A stretch of 64,000 bases of DNA from Nitrospirota bacterium (lineage in GTDB: Bacteria > Nitrospirota > UBA9217): the NCBI GenBank assembly GCA_963754875.1, contig CAVWHO010000008.1, positions 96,001 through 160,000 of the forward strand, in the 5' to 3' direction. The notes beneath the pieces are model-generated. The model saw only the letters and a list, made by a program, of their open reading frames with translations. It did not search any database and had not been told where the DNA came from. The position numbers were made by a program, and so were the translations under genes. Shown here one piece after another: positions 1-10,765 of this stretch; position 1 is the first letter of the stretch, and every line of letters begins with the position of its first letter.

Positions 1-336
1 CGCTCTAACGTGGTTACGGCCTCAATCGACCGACTGGACTTTCACACTCCCGCCTTTATCGGGGACCTCCTTTTTTTTCGTGCAAGCCTTAACCTCGTCG
101 GCAAGACCTCCATGGAGGTCGGCGTAAGGGTGGACGCGGAGAACCTCCGTACCGGAGAGGTCCGGCGCACAAGTTCAGCCTATCTGACCTACGTGGCACT
201 CGATGAAAAAGGACGTCCCCGCGAAGTACCTCCGCTCATCCTTGAGACTGAGGAAGAAATGCGGAGGAACAGCGAGGCAAAGTCACGAAGGGACATGCGG
301 CTCGCCGAACGAAGGCGGGAGAGCAAGGCGAAATAA
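1..336 (+). CDS. acyl-CoA thioesterase (HotDog fold), 5'-truncated by the window edge
   Basis: VTASIDRLDFHTP...VGKTSMEVGVRV...AYLTYVALDE-GRP, typical of YciA/BACH-like thioesterases; frame is open from the window start. Confidence 0.85.
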   Translation, partial: RSNVVTASIDRLDFHTPAFIGDLLFFRASLNLVGKTSMEVGVRVDAENLRTGEVRRTSSAYLTYVALDEKGRPREVPPLILETEEEMRRNSEAKSRRDMRLAERRRESKAK

Positions 337-385
337 GACAGCCGTCACGTCCTCGGCAGATCGCGCAGGATGCAAGGAGGAAACG

Positions 386-775
386 ATGGAAGAACCGGCC
401 AGAAAACAACGAAAAAAATTCGCCGTTCAATTATCATCCGGAGCAAATGACGTGGGAAAGATCAAATCCGCAATCATGTTCGCGACCATAGCCCAGTGTT
501 CCGGCTGCGATGCAGTCGTCTACTGCGTCCAGGACGGGGCTGATGCGGTCACCAAAGGGAAGATCAGGGAAGAAGGCGTCGTGCCCCCGGGTGTTCCGAC
601 CTTTGAACAGCGTCTCGCCGACGCACTTGCTGTGGGGGTCAAGTTCCAGCTGTGCGAACAGGTGGCTAAAAACAGGAACCTTTCGAAAGAAGACCTGATC
701 GAAGGCACCCAGATCCTCGGCGGGATACACCTGATTACCTATGCCCTGGAGTACGACGGTATGCTCTTTTTTTAA
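386..775 (+). CDS. DsrE/DsrF-like family protein
   Basis: ATG at 386 after AGGAGG; 129 aa with YCVQDGA, 'ALAVGVKFQLCEQ' and 'RNLSKEDLIEG' DsrE-like signatures. Confidence 0.7.
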   Translation: MEEPARKQRKKFAVQLSSGANDVGKIKSAIMFATIAQCSGCDAVVYCVQDGADAVTKGKIREEGVVPPGVPTFEQRLADALAVGVKFQLCEQVAKNRNLSKEDLIEGTQILGGIHLITYALEYDGMLFF

Positions 776-1070
776 CGGCTTTCTTCGCACAAGACGAATT
801 TCCCAGGATGACGGCGATCGTTTCTTAGCAAAACTTCTTCATTGTATAGACTCCCGGCAAAAGCAAGAGAAGTGCTGGACATCCTTTCTGCGCCATCCTC
901 CCGCCGATCCACTCCTTTCATCCGGCTCCTGTTTTGCACGAGTACCGATAAACGTCACACAGAGTGAAGGATGAATGCATGTGACAAAACAGGTCCTTCA
1001 TCGTTTTCCATTTTTCGGGTGAGAACGTTGCCTGTTCCCGTGAAGAATGACGACTCGGCTGCTTTTTGAC

Positions 1071-1079
1071 TGCTATAAT
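1071..1079 (+). promoter_or_regulatory. extended -10 promoter element upstream of pgk
   Basis: TGcTATAAT about 55 nt upstream of the pgk ATG. Confidence 0.45.
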
Positions 1080-1132
1080 TAAATCGATGTCGTAATGTTC
1101 TCCCAGCCTGATACCAAGAGGAGTCGTTCGCC

Positions 1133-2437
1133 ATGCTGACGAAACAATTACACCACGATTTGCCGTTGATCCAGGAAGCAGACTTGCAAGGGAAAATAGT
1201 TCTCGTCCGTTTCGACCACAATGTTGTAAAGGGCGGGGTCATACGGGACCCCTATCGCATCGACCGAACCATCGGGACGCTCTTCCACATCGTTGAGCGT
1301 GGCGGAAGGCCGATCATGATGACCCATGTGGGCAGGCCGAAAGACAAGAAGACCGGAACGATCACCTGCAGACCGGAAGAGTCCGTTGAACCGGTAGTGC
1401 GCTATCTCGAGCAGAAGCTGCATACGAAGCTGTATATCCCGGAATTCCCCCCGGACCCCGTTCGCGGCATCGTCGGGATCGACACGTCCATTAACCTTGC
1501 GATTCGGGATCTGCGGGAACGGAAGATCGGAGGGATTTATCTTCCGAACACACGGTGGTTCCAGGGCGAGGAGCCCGAGGGGGAGGTCCGCGAGCGCTTC
1601 GCGCTCCAACTCGCCGGTCTTGCAGACATCTATGTGAATGACGCCTTCGGGTCGTGGCAACCCCATGCTTCCACGTACAATATCACAAAGCACCTTCCTT
1701 CCTATGCGGGTTTCCTGCTTCAGCAGGAGATCAGAAACCTCGAAGGCGTCATGAACCCGGAACGGCCCTTCCTGGCCGTTGTCGCCGGCGCGAAATATGA
1801 CACCAAAATCAGGCCCCTCAATGCCCTTTATGACAAGGTGGACCGCCTCGTCCTCGGCGGCGTCATTTACAATACCTACCTCTGCGCCAAGTATGGCGTG
1901 CGGATCAAAGGGGTGAGCGAAGAGGACCGCAGACTCGCGCAAGAGCTTGTAGAAAAGGACCGGACCGCGAAAAAGATCGTCGAGCTTCCGCTGGTTGTCG
2001 AATCAGACGTTTTGGAACAAAAAATCGAAGGGAAATATCGGACCATCTCCATTAAAGACTTTAAGCCCGGCGGATCTCACGCGTTTATCACGGACATTGA
2101 TCCCCGGTCCTTCGAGGAAAAGACCGTTTCCGGAGCCATCGCTTCGGCAAAGACCATCTTCGTCAATGCCGTTATGGGTTTCACCCCGCACTTTACGGCC
2201 GGTTCCCAAGCGCTCGATAACACCATAGACCTTAACCGGGACGCAATGAAAATGTACGGCGGCGGCGACACACTCCAGGAGTTCAAGAACCTTCTGCCGG
2301 GTCTCTACCTTTCCGTCATGGATGATGCAAGCTACTATTTCTTCACCGGTGGAGGGACGGTACTTACGGCGATCGAACACGGCAGCCCCTATAGTCTCAA
2401 GCCCGTCCAGGCATTGATGGACGCCAAAAAAAAATAA
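1133..2437 (+). CDS. pgk: phosphoglycerate kinase
   Basis: VLVRFDHNV, THVGRPK, NTRW, YVNDAFG, GGGDT and TGGG motifs. Confidence 0.93.
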   Translation: MLTKQLHHDLPLIQEADLQGKIVLVRFDHNVVKGGVIRDPYRIDRTIGTLFHIVERGGRPIMMTHVGRPKDKKTGTITCRPEESVEPVVRYLEQKLHTKLYIPEFPPDPVRGIVGIDTSINLAIRDLRERKIGGIYLPNTRWFQGEEPEGEVRERFALQLAGLADIYVNDAFGSWQPHASTYNITKHLPSYAGFLLQQEIRNLEGVMNPERPFLAVVAGAKYDTKIRPLNALYDKVDRLVLGGVIYNTYLCAKYGVRIKGVSEEDRRLAQELVEKDRTAKKIVELPLVVESDVLEQKIEGKYRTISIKDFKPGGSHAFITDIDPRSFEEKTVSGAIASAKTIFVNAVMGFTPHFTAGSQALDNTIDLNRDAMKMYGGGDTLQEFKNLLPGLYLSVMDDASYYFFTGGGTVLTAIEHGSPYSLKPVQALMDAKKK

Positions 2438-2562
2438 ATGTGTTGCGACAGAGTTACTGAAATCTATGATTAAAGACCGTCTGCCATTGTTCCTTGCTTT
2501 ACCTCCTTTCTCACCTTCCCCTTTTTCTGCTACTGAAGGTGTAGTACTTTTACGTGGTTTCC

Positions 2563-2592
2563 TTGACGCGGGATTAACCTCGTTGATACAAT
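2563..2592 (+). promoter_or_regulatory. sigma-70 promoter of pfkB
   Basis: TTGACG-N18-TACAAT with TG extension. Confidence 0.5.
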
Positions 2593-2637
2593 AAGAACAC
2601 GCTGTTAGGGCCGGTATTATGAAAGAGGGAGGTAGCA

Positions 2638-3564
2638 GTGATCTATACGATAACGCTTAATCCAGCATTGGACAGGACCCTCTGGGTCGAAAAGATAAGG
2701 CCCGATGATTCCAACAGGATAAAAAAAGAGGAGAGGTTCGCGGGAGGCAAAGGGATCGATGTATCAAGGGTATTGACCAAGCTCGGCGTCGGCAGCACAG
2801 CGCTTGGATTTGTCGGCGGGTTTACCGGTGAAGAGCTGGAGGGAAGACTGCTCAATGAAGGGATCAGCTGTGATTTTATCCGGATCTCGGGCGAGACCCG
2901 AACAAACATCATCATGAACGACATGAGCAACGGAGGCCAGTCCGTGTTCGGCGCAAGCGGACCGGTTATCGAACCCTATGAACTGATGCGCCTCATTCAC
3001 AAGGCTGAAGGGATTGAACATCCGGAAATAGTGATCATCAGCGGGAGTATTCCTCCCGGCGTTCATCCCAAGATCTACCGCAAGCTCATCGAAATAGCAA
3101 AAAACCGAAACGCAAAAGTGATTCTTGATGCCGACGGCGAGGCCCTTGCCGAGGGCACACAGGGTTTGCCCGATATGATAAAACCCAATATCCATGAACT
3201 GAGCCGGCTCGTGGGCGCGGAGTTGAGAGAGTTGGACGACATTGTCAACGCGGCCAGGAGCATTCAGAATAAAGGCATCATCACCGTCCTCGTCTCCATG
3301 GGAGCACAGGGGCTCCTCCTCGTTGGAGAAAAAGAAAATTACCATGCATTTCATCCCGAGGTGGAAGTGAAGAATACCATCGGAGCCGGCGATTCGGCAA
3401 TTGCCGGTTTTGTCTACGGATTGATTGAAGGAAAAGGCCTTAAAGAAGCACTTGCATACGCGGTGGCTGCGGGAACCGCCACGACTTTGATGCCGGGGAC
3501 AGCACTTTGCTGTAAGGAAGATTTTCTGAGACTGGTTCCTGCAGTGCGGATACGCGACCTTTGA
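2638..3564 (+). CDS. pfkB: 1-phosphofructokinase family hexose kinase
   Basis: IYTITLNPALDRT, AGGKGIDVS, IKPNIHEL and NTIGAGDS PfkB signatures; GTG start after GGAGG. Confidence 0.9.
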   Translation: MIYTITLNPALDRTLWVEKIRPDDSNRIKKEERFAGGKGIDVSRVLTKLGVGSTALGFVGGFTGEELEGRLLNEGISCDFIRISGETRTNIIMNDMSNGGQSVFGASGPVIEPYELMRLIHKAEGIEHPEIVIISGSIPPGVHPKIYRKLIEIAKNRNAKVILDADGEALAEGTQGLPDMIKPNIHELSRLVGAELRELDDIVNAARSIQNKGIITVLVSMGAQGLLLVGEKENYHAFHPEVEVKNTIGAGDSAIAGFVYGLIEGKGLKEALAYAVAAGTATTLMPGTALCCKEDFLRLVPAVRIRDL

Positions 3565-4260
3565 ATGAAAGAGGCCTGACCGCACATAAAATAGAATCCA
3601 AAGATTAGAGTTCACTTTTTCCTGCAACAGACGAAATTCCCGATTCAACAAACCTCATCCCTGCAAACCAAGCAGCAAAGACAGGTCGCTCCCCCGTTCA
3701 TCATGCGTGATTGAACTGGCTGCGGTTCTACTTTCCCGAACGCATGTTTGATTCGGTACAGAAGGAGTGAGGCGCATTCCGGGAGAGTCGACGAGACTTG
3801 CGAAGCTTTTGTGCCAGAGAGTAGCAATTCGTGGCAAATCACTAGCGCCCTAAGAGAAGGATGTTATTATTGATTCCGGGGTTTTTAAAGATTCATGAAG
3901 AAGGCCGGAAAATACTGACATTTACCATATTCTCGTGAGCCACGAGCATAAAAGAGCAAAACTTCATGAACCTGAAAGCAGATCCGCATTTTTGACAATC
4001 ACTCTAAATCATTACGCGTCAGGAAAAATCGTCTCAGTTCGCTCGTGCTATAATGTAAACAAGAACAGAATTTACGATACATCAGGAATGCATGTATTGC
4101 TGTTTGAACTCGAATCTGGGCCATGCATCTTCGATGAAGGAAACTTTTATTCTCGCAAGATCTCGGCAAGAACAGAAGAGAGGATTTGATCACCGGTTTC
4201 CGCCGGTGTTTTTATAGATAGGGGGGTAGCTACTCGTATTAACGCTGAACAAAGAAAGAG

Positions 4261-4551
4261 GTGATAATCATGACAGAAGAATTGAAAAAAAACAAAAGCA
4301 GCATCTTTATCCCATTCCTCGTTGGGGGTGTTGTGGGGGCAGGAGTGGCGCTCCTACTGGCTCCAAAAGCGGGAAAAGAAGTCAGGGATGATATCAAGCG
4401 GTTCGCATCAAATGCGCAAGACAGGGTCACTCATGCTATTGACGAGGGAAAGGAGCTCTACAACGAAGGAAAGTCCGTAATTTCAAATGCTATCGAAGCA
4501 GGCAAAACCACTTATGCACAGGAAAAAGAAAAATGGCAGCGTGCGGCGTAA
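4261..4551 (+). CDS. YtxH domain-containing protein
   Basis: FLVGGVVGAGVALLLAPKAGKEVRDDI motif. Confidence 0.85.
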   Translation: MIIMTEELKKNKSSIFIPFLVGGVVGAGVALLLAPKAGKEVRDDIKRFASNAQDRVTHAIDEGKELYNEGKSVISNAIEAGKTTYAQEKEKWQRAA

Positions 4552-4633
4552 GGTACATCTCAAATGAATAGCTTCCGTGTATCGCGAGGTTAGCTTCCCC
4601 CCAAGTTACGAAGCCGTTAAACAAGCGGTTGAC

Positions 4634-4680
4634 GAAGAAAAAGGCATGCAGCGGATAACGCTCATGCCTCTTCTTTTTTT
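4634..4680 (+). terminator. intrinsic terminator after the YtxH gene
   Basis: AGGCATG-cAGCG-gataa-CGCT-CATGCCT hairpin followed by a T run. Confidence 0.6.
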
Positions 4681-4934
4681 GGGCTATGCTCCGCACGAAT
4701 ACTTTAGTATGGCCTTCTTAATCCCGGCAGGTATGTCGCGATTAGTCAACCAGAATTTCACACCAGTCATCGTGGTACAGGCATTTTCGGCAATTTCCCA
4801 ATCGCTTCTTTTCATAAGGTTCTTTCAATATACGGACGCATAATCGACCTGATGCAGTTAGTCGGCACACTTACATAAAAAGCATAAACAAAATGAAAAG
4901 CTGTTTTATTTCCTGATACTTTTTTCATCCTTCT

Positions 4935-4962
4935 TTGACCTATTACAACTTTGTGGTAATAT
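4935..4962 (+). promoter_or_regulatory. copA promoter with overlapping inverted repeat
   Basis: TTGACC-N16-TAATAT with TG extension; TATTAC-N9-GTAATA dyad at 4941-4961. Confidence 0.5.
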
Positions 4963-4969
4963 ACGATTC

Positions 4970-7405
4970 ATGGACACCAAGAAAGCTGTTATCCCGGTCA
5001 AAGGCATGACCTGTGTGAACTGTGCTGCAGCCATCCAAAAAGACATTTCAAAACTTACCGGCGTCAGGAGCGCGAACGTCAATTACGCAAACGAGAAGGC
5101 AGTTGTCGAGTTCGATCCTTCCGCCGTGGGCCTGGAAAAATTTATTTCGAGCATCAACGAGCTCGGGTATCAGGCAGTAACGGAAACCGTAACGATCCCG
5201 ATCATTGATCTCGACGTTTCCCGGGTCCAGGAGCTGGAACGAATCCTGTCTTCGATCGACGGCGTACTCAAGGGTCTCGTCAACGCGACGGCCGAGACTA
5301 TCGAACTGGAATACGTCCCCGGTGAGATAGGAATGCGTGATGTCCGCAGGACAATCGAAAAGGCGGGTTTTCGGCTTCCCCAGCAGGTGGAAGGACGTTC
5401 TGCGCTCGAAATCGAGAAAGAGGCCCGCGAAAGGGAACTCTCTGAGCTCCGCACCAAGCTCATTACGAGTGCAGTCCTCTCGGCGCTCGTCATGATCGGG
5501 AGTTTCCAGGACATGCTTCCCATACCCGCTATCATTCCCAACCGGACCATGTGGTACATCCTGTTCCTCCTGGCAACGCCGGTCCAGTTTTGGGCGGGCC
5601 GCCACTTTTATCAAAACGCCTGGGCATCGATCAAACATGGCAGTACGAACATGAATACCCTCGTGGTCGTGGGAACCAGCGCGGCCTATGGCTACAGCGT
5701 CGTCCTCACGCTCTTCCCTGCGATACTGGGACACTATGGCAGCCATGGCGGCATGTATTATGACACGGCCACTATGATCATCACCCTCATTTTGTTCGGG
5801 AAGTATCTCGAAGCACGCGCCAAGACCCGCGCCGGTGAGGCCATAAAAAAATTGATGGGGCTCCAACCGCGCACGGCACGCGTCGTCCGCGAAGGCAATG
5901 AGCTCGATATCCCCATCGAGGAAGTGGAATCGGGTGATCTCATCGTGGTCCGGCCTGGAGAAAAAATCCCCGTGGACGGAGTCATCCGGAAAGGATCTTC
6001 AGCGATCGACGAATCCATGCTCACCGGAGAAAGCCTGCCGGTCGACAAGAAGACCGGCGATGCGGTCATCGGCGCGACGATCAACAAAACAGGAGCGTTC
6101 ACCTTTGAGGCCACCAAGGTCGGCAAAGACACCATGCTTTCACAGATTATCCGTATGGTCCAGGAGGCCCAGGGCTCGAAAGCGCCGATCCAACGACTTG
6201 CCGATTATATCTCAAGCATCTTCGTCCCGACCGTCATCGGCATCGGTCTGGTCACATTCCTGATCTGGTATTTCTTCGGACCTGCTGAACACAAATTTAC
6301 TTTCGCCTTGCTCAACTTCATCGCCGTGTTGATCATTGCTTGTCCCTGTGCAATGGGTCTGGCGACCCCTACGGCCATCATGGTCGGTACGGGGAAAGGC
6401 GCAGAGCATGGAATCCTTTTCAAGAACGCCGAGAGCCTGGAACGGGTCCAGAAGATCGACACCATCGTACTCGACAAAACCGGTACGCTCACGCGCGGCG
6501 AGCCGCGGGTGACCGACGTCATCCGCAACGGCATGAGCGAAAAGGACGTTCTCTTCTATGCCGGGTCATCGGAAAAAGGATCAGAGCATCCGCTCGGCGA
6601 AGCGATCGTCACGGCCGCGCTGGAGCAGGACATCAGCCTCGATCAGGCTGACGAGTTTGCAGCCCTGCCCGGCCACGGGATCCGGGCGATGGTCAAAGGC
6701 CGGGAAATCATGCTCGGCAATGAGCGCCTGATGTCCGAAAACAAAATCGAATTCGGCGCATTGCGCGCTGAAGCTGAAAAACTTTCCCTGAACGGTAAAA
6801 CGCCCATGTTTGTCGCTGTTGACAAACAGGCGGCGGGAATCATCGCCGTTGCCGATACGGTCAAGGTGCATTCGAAAGAAGCGATTGCGAAACTTAAAGA
6901 CCTCGGGCTCGAAGTCATTATGCTGACCGGGGACAACCGCAGAACGGCGCAGGCCATTGCCGATGAGCTGGGCATCACCCGCGTCCTGGCCGAGGTCCTG
7001 CCCCAGGACAAGATGGACACGGTGAAGAGACTCCAGGCCGGGGGCATGGTGGTTGCCATGGTCGGCGACGGCATCAACGACGCACCTGCCCTCACTCAGG
7101 CAGACGTGGGCATCGCGATCGGAACGGGCACGGACGTGGCCATCGAAGCATCGGATGTCACGCTCATCAAAGACGACCTCCGCGTCGTTGCCGATGCCAT
7201 AAGGCTCTCGCGCCGAACCATGCAAACGATTAAAATGAACCTGTTCTGGGCGTTCTTCTACAATATTATCGGCATCCCGGTGGCCGCTGGCGTGCTTTAC
7301 CCGTTCTTCAAGATACTGCTGAACCCCATGTTCGCCTCGGCAGCAATGGCCTTCAGCTCGGTCAGTGTGGTATCGAATTCGCTGCGGCTGAGAAGATTTT
7401 CATGA
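4970..7405 (+). CDS. copA: copper-translocating P1B-type ATPase
   Basis: [36 protein letters not shown] and MAFSS motifs of Cu(I) P1B-1 ATPases. Confidence 0.95.
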   Translation: MDTKKAVIPVKGMTCVNCAAAIQKDISKLTGVRSANVNYANEKAVVEFDPSAVGLEKFISSINELGYQAVTETVTIPIIDLDVSRVQELERILSSIDGVLKGLVNATAETIELEYVPGEIGMRDVRRTIEKAGFRLPQQVEGRSALEIEKEARERELSELRTKLITSAVLSALVMIGSFQDMLPIPAIIPNRTMWYILFLLATPVQFWAGRHFYQNAWASIKHGSTNMNTLVVVGTSAAYGYSVVLTLFPAILGHYGSHGGMYYDTATMIITLILFGKYLEARAKTRAGEAIKKLMGLQPRTARVVREGNELDIPIEEVESGDLIVVRPGEKIPVDGVIRKGSSAIDESMLTGESLPVDKKTGDAVIGATINKTGAFTFEATKVGKDTMLSQIIRMVQEAQGSKAPIQRLADYISSIFVPTVIGIGLVTFLIWYFFGPAEHKFTFALLNFIAVLIIACPCAMGLATPTAIMVGTGKGAEHGILFKNAESLERVQKIDTIVLDKTGTLTRGEPRVTDVIRNGMSEKDVLFYAGSSEKGSEHPLGEAIVTAALEQDISLDQADEFAALPGHGIRAMVKGREIMLGNERLMSENKIEFGALRAEAEKLSLNGKTPMFVAVDKQAAGIIAVADTVKVHSKEAIAKLKDLGLEVIMLTGDNRRTAQAIADELGITRVLAEVLPQDKMDTVKRLQAGGMVVAMVGDGINDAPALTQADVGIAIGTGTDVAIEASDVTLIKDDLRVVADAIRLSRRTMQTIKMNLFWAFFYNIIGIPVAAGVLYPFFKILLNPMFASAAMAFSSVSVVSNSLRLRRFS

Positions 7406-7501
7406 GACGGGGAGCAACAGATTGTTATTTATGAATTTCAGTGAACTATGACGCAATAATTGAATTTTTCCGTGTTCCTACGTGGCTACGAAGGTCTTCC
7501 G

Positions 7502-7978
7502 ATGAAATTCATCGCCGATGCAATGCTGGGCAAACTTGCAAAGCGGATGCGCCTCCTGGGCCTGGACGTTTTGTATGACCCGGGCCTAAACGACAACGAA
7601 ATCATCCGTCTTTCTCTTGAACAAGAACGTGTTATACTTACGAGGGACACTGGCCTGGCTGCAAGGCCCCTTGCTGCAAATCATCTCTCCATCAAGAGCG
7701 AGCAGGTTGGGGAGCAACTGGACCAGATCCTTGCGACATTCCCCGCAGAACGGCTGCCCCTGTCCCGTTGTTCTGAGTGCAATGATCCCGTCATCCCGAT
7801 CGCAAAAGATGATGTACGGAATTTCGTACCAAGGTACGTATATGAAAAAAAAGAAGTTTTCTTCCAGTGCCCGAACTGCCGAAGGATTTATTGGCAGGGC
7901 ACTCATGTGAAGAGGATGGTGTTGCGGGAAAAAAAAGAGCCGTCCAAAAATACAGGGACCGGCTCTAAAAATATTTGA
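7502..7978 (+). CDS. Mut7-C RNase domain protein (DUF82, PIN-like plus Zn ribbon)
   Basis: KFIADAMLGKLAKRMRLLGLD, LTRD, RCSECN and CPNCRRIYWQGTH. Confidence 0.85.
   Translation: MKFIADAMLGKLAKRMRLLGLDVLYDPGLNDNEIIRLSLEQERVILTRDTGLAARPLAANHLSIKSEQVGEQLDQILATFPAERLPLSRCSECNDPVIPIAKDDVRNFVPRYVYEKKEVFFQCPNCRRIYWQGTHVKRMVLREKKEPSKNTGTGSKNI
7929..7966 (-). terminator. intrinsic terminator ending the long minus-strand operon
   Basis: minus strand AGAGCCG(G)TCC...GGACGGCTCT followed by a T run, just downstream of rodZ. Confidence 0.55.
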
Positions 7979-7999
7979 AGACGCCTTATCTAGTCGAGA

Positions 8000-8992
8000 C
8001 TATTGTAGTGCTGGAGGCTTCAGATCCCGTTCCGGTTGAGCTTGTTCGGGAGCAGGTGGAGCCGGTTTCGGTTCAGGAACTGTATTCCGATCCTGAGGCG
8101 TTAGCGGCACTGGGGTTGCGGGGACCGGTGCTGGTTTTGGCTTTTGTTCTCGGGCAGTCTCTCCCGTGGACTGAGATGGCGTCGACTGCAAGCCCGCAGC
8201 CGCTGGTTGCTGTTTTCGCTTAAGCGGTCGGGCATTTTCCGTTTGAATTTTTCGATTCGCGATCCCGGCCGCGGTAATCATCAAGTCTCTGATTACGGCA
8301 TTTTTAGGCTCGTCGACAGCCAATTCCTTACCGTTCAGCAGCAACCGCAGCGCGCCGGCGTTGCCGTAACTGAGCAGGAACCGTTCATCAGCGCTCCAGA
8401 TAAGGCTTTCCCCTTTTGCTAAAATCGCCTTTTTCTGCGGGCTCGCATCGGTCCTGACCAAAAGCCAGGTATCTTCAAGAGCGATTACTTCGAGATAGAG
8501 TTTCTCCGGTTTCAGCGGTTCACCTGACAGGGCAGGCGCCGTACCCCCTGTCGACGGGAATGGCGCTGCAGACCGCTGAATTTCTTTCCGATGCCGTTGC
8601 GGGAGGGCTGCAAACAGGGCAATCACAAGAGCAATAATAATGACCGTTCCCCAGACAAAGGGTTCAAACGGGAATTTTGCGGACATACTCTTCTCCGGTT
8701 TCTCGGCAATCGGCTGCGGAGCGCTCTGAGGGGCCTGCGCTACAGTAACAGGTGGAGGTGTCTGCTGCGATTCTGCGAATTTTTTCATTACCTCGGTTTC
8801 ATCGAGCTTTAGGAACTTGCTATAGTTCTTCAGGAAACCTCTGACAAACACCGCTCCCGGCAGTTTAGAAAAATCTTCTGCTTCGAGTGCCTTCAAATAC
8901 TGAAGGCTGATACGGGTCTGCTGGGCGGCTTCGCGCAGGTCGATACCCTGTTCCTCTCGTGCGCTACGCAAGTATTTTCCTAACGTCCCCAT
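8000..8992 (-). CDS. rodZ: RodZ-like helix-turn-helix/DUF4115 membrane protein
   Basis: LGKYLRSARE...LKALEAEDFSKLPGAVFVRGFLKNYSKFL HTH, single TM, WLLVRTD...GNAGALRLLLNG DUF4115. Confidence 0.85.
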   Translation of the reverse strand: MGTLGKYLRSAREEQGIDLREAAQQTRISLQYLKALEAEDFSKLPGAVFVRGFLKNYSKFLKLDETEVMKKFAESQQTPPPVTVAQAPQSAPQPIAEKPEKSMSAKFPFEPFVWGTVIIIALVIALFAALPQRHRKEIQRSAAPFPSTGGTAPALSGEPLKPEKLYLEVIALEDTWLLVRTDASPQKKAILAKGESLIWSADERFLLSYGNAGALRLLLNGKELAVDEPKNAVIRDLMITAAGIANRKIQTENARPLKRKQQPAAAGLQSTPSQSTGETAREQKPKPAPVPATPVPLTPQDRNTVPEPKPAPPAPEQAQPERDLKPPALQ

Positions 8993-8996
8993 CCGA

Positions 8997-9740
8997 TCAC
9001 CTCAGGGTTTTTATATAGTCATTTGCTTTACGGGCAATTTCACTTTTGGGAGCAAGGTCGGCGGCTCTTTTAAACTCGGAAAGAGCGGACTTCTTATTGC
9101 CGTTTTTCAAAAACGCCACGGCAAGACTGAACCTCATGGTCGCATTCTGGGGAGCCATCGCTACTCCTTCCTGAAATTCACGGATCGCGTCATTGACCCG
9201 ACCAGCCTCGAACAGCGCAGTACCCAGCTTTTGAATCGTGAACTCAAGATTAGCGAATTGTTTTGATTCGCTATAGGCTTCTATGGCTTTCGGGTAGTCT
9301 TTCTGCGCCATATACAGATCGCCGAGATTGATTAAGGGAATGTGGGGGGTCGTATAGAGTTTATTCTCAAGAGCCTTATTGAATGACGTGATCGCTTCTT
9401 TCCATTTTTGTTGTTTAAAGTAAACGACTCCGAGGGCATTGTATGCTTCGGAAAAATTGGGATCCAAATCGATGGCCTGCTTATAGTATTTCTGGGAGTC
9501 TTCAAACTTACCCTGATAGTCGCTGATGATTCCGAGTCCGTAATAGGCCTGTTTGTAGGTATGGTCTGTTTCAATCGACCGGTTAAATTCGACTGATGCG
9601 AGCTCGAGGTTCCTTTCCTGAAGATAGGAAAGCCCCCTCGTGTAATACCCTTCAGCCATTTTTGACTTATCTATCGTCGGGCCGGTTGTAGTAACGCATC
9701 CGGCCAAAACCAGTAAAATCAACAGTACAGCAACTCTCAT
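8997..9740 (-). CDS. TPR lipoprotein, PilF/PilW/Tgl-like type IV pilus pilotin
   Basis: lipobox LAGC, several TPRs, 'EAYNALGVVY', 'ALENKLYTTPH'; adjacent to rodZ as pilF usually is. Confidence 0.75.
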   Translation of the reverse strand: MRVAVLLILLVLAGCVTTTGPTIDKSKMAEGYYTRGLSYLQERNLELASVEFNRSIETDHTYKQAYYGLGIISDYQGKFEDSQKYYKQAIDLDPNFSEAYNALGVVYFKQQKWKEAITSFNKALENKLYTTPHIPLINLGDLYMAQKDYPKAIEAYSESKQFANLEFTIQKLGTALFEAGRVNDAIREFQEGVAMAPQNATMRFSLAVAFLKNGNKKSALSEFKRAADLAPKSEIARKANDYIKTLR

Positions 9741-9755
9741 TGTAGCGTACTCCTT

Positions 9756-10672
9756 TCAAAATGATGCAAGAAGCCGTGCAAGCGCCTCCCGGTCGCGGCT
9801 TACAACGCCGGTTGCAGGTTGGACGTCCTTTTTCATCTTCGGTTTCTGCGTTTTTACGATCCCGGCGTTAATCGCTTCCTGGATGATATCGCGCCGCCCC
9901 TTTGACACCGTCGGCGCCTGCGCTGCCTTGGTATAAGTTTGCTCGGGGAATTCCCGACTCTCCTCATCCTCCGCTTGCGCCGCAGGAGCAGCCTTTTCAG
10001 TCCTCTGCTTCCTTGATTTCGCCTGGGGAGCCGAGGCTGGTGTTGCCGGGGGTTCGGGAACGATCGGCTCCGGCAAAATGTGCTGCACCGGTTGCGGCTG
10101 GACCTGCTGTCCCCGGGAAGATTGAGGTACGATCGGAGCAGCAGGTACATGCTGCGTTTGAGGGGGCTGCGGCACGTCCTGGGACGGGGGTGCAGGCTGT
10201 GATTGCGGTAGTTGCTGCGGGACTGAGGGAACCTCGGCAACCGATGTTGTCTCCTCAAGGGGCGCAGGAATTCTACGGATTTTTCCTGGTCCGGTAAAAA
10301 AATGTCCTGTCGTATCGATCCAGCGATCCCTTTCGTCGCGGGACATGGCTTGCGAGGTTCACTTCGTCGAGCATCGCACCGAGGCCTTCGGCGAATGAGT
10401 GCGCCTCTTCTTCCACCGAGCCCAAATCCCGCTCAGGGAAGGGATTTGAAGTATGGGAATAGAACAGTTTTCTTCCCGTAAGAAAAAGGTGAATTCCGAT
10501 GTAGGCGGACATTTTCTCCCCTGCTTCGTTGAAAGAAGATGACGTAGCTCCGCGCCTCTTCAGACATCATTTCAGGCGTCGCGACCTGGTGATTGTTCAT
10601 GGAAAAGAACGCCTTCATCATGTTCCGTTCCCTTACGTTGAGGTCTTTTATGTCGGTGTCGATAGTGAACAT
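9756..10672 (-). CDS. conserved hypothetical protein next to the Tgl/PilF-like gene (split by two +1 indels)
   Basis: ORFs 10433..10693, 10273..10512 and 9756..10346 join into one protein (MFTIDTD...SAYIGIHL...EEAHSFAEGLGAMLDEVNL...Pro-rich...ALARLLASF) if one base is removed near 10532 and one near 10347. Confidence 0.6.
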
Positions 10673-10765
10673 CGTATTCCCAATAATTCGCAAATATAAA
10701 ATCTGACGTAAAAAATCTCTCTGATGCTGTCATTTTCGGACAGGGAACCGAAAACAAATTTATGG

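Noticed and set aside
203..385. N-terminal extension of the 190-aa ORF 203..775
   Set aside because: Overlaps the thioesterase gene; a strong AGGAGG before ATG 386 marks the real start
3565..4260. Short ORFs and a possible sigma-54 box (TGGCAAATCACTAGC near 3832) in the pfkB-YtxH spacer
   Set aside because: ORFs have no recognisable motifs or RBS; the box deviates at the -12 TTGC and has no supporting context
4577..4843. 88-aa ORF between YtxH and copA
   Set aside because: Runs through a terminator hairpin, with no RBS or family signature
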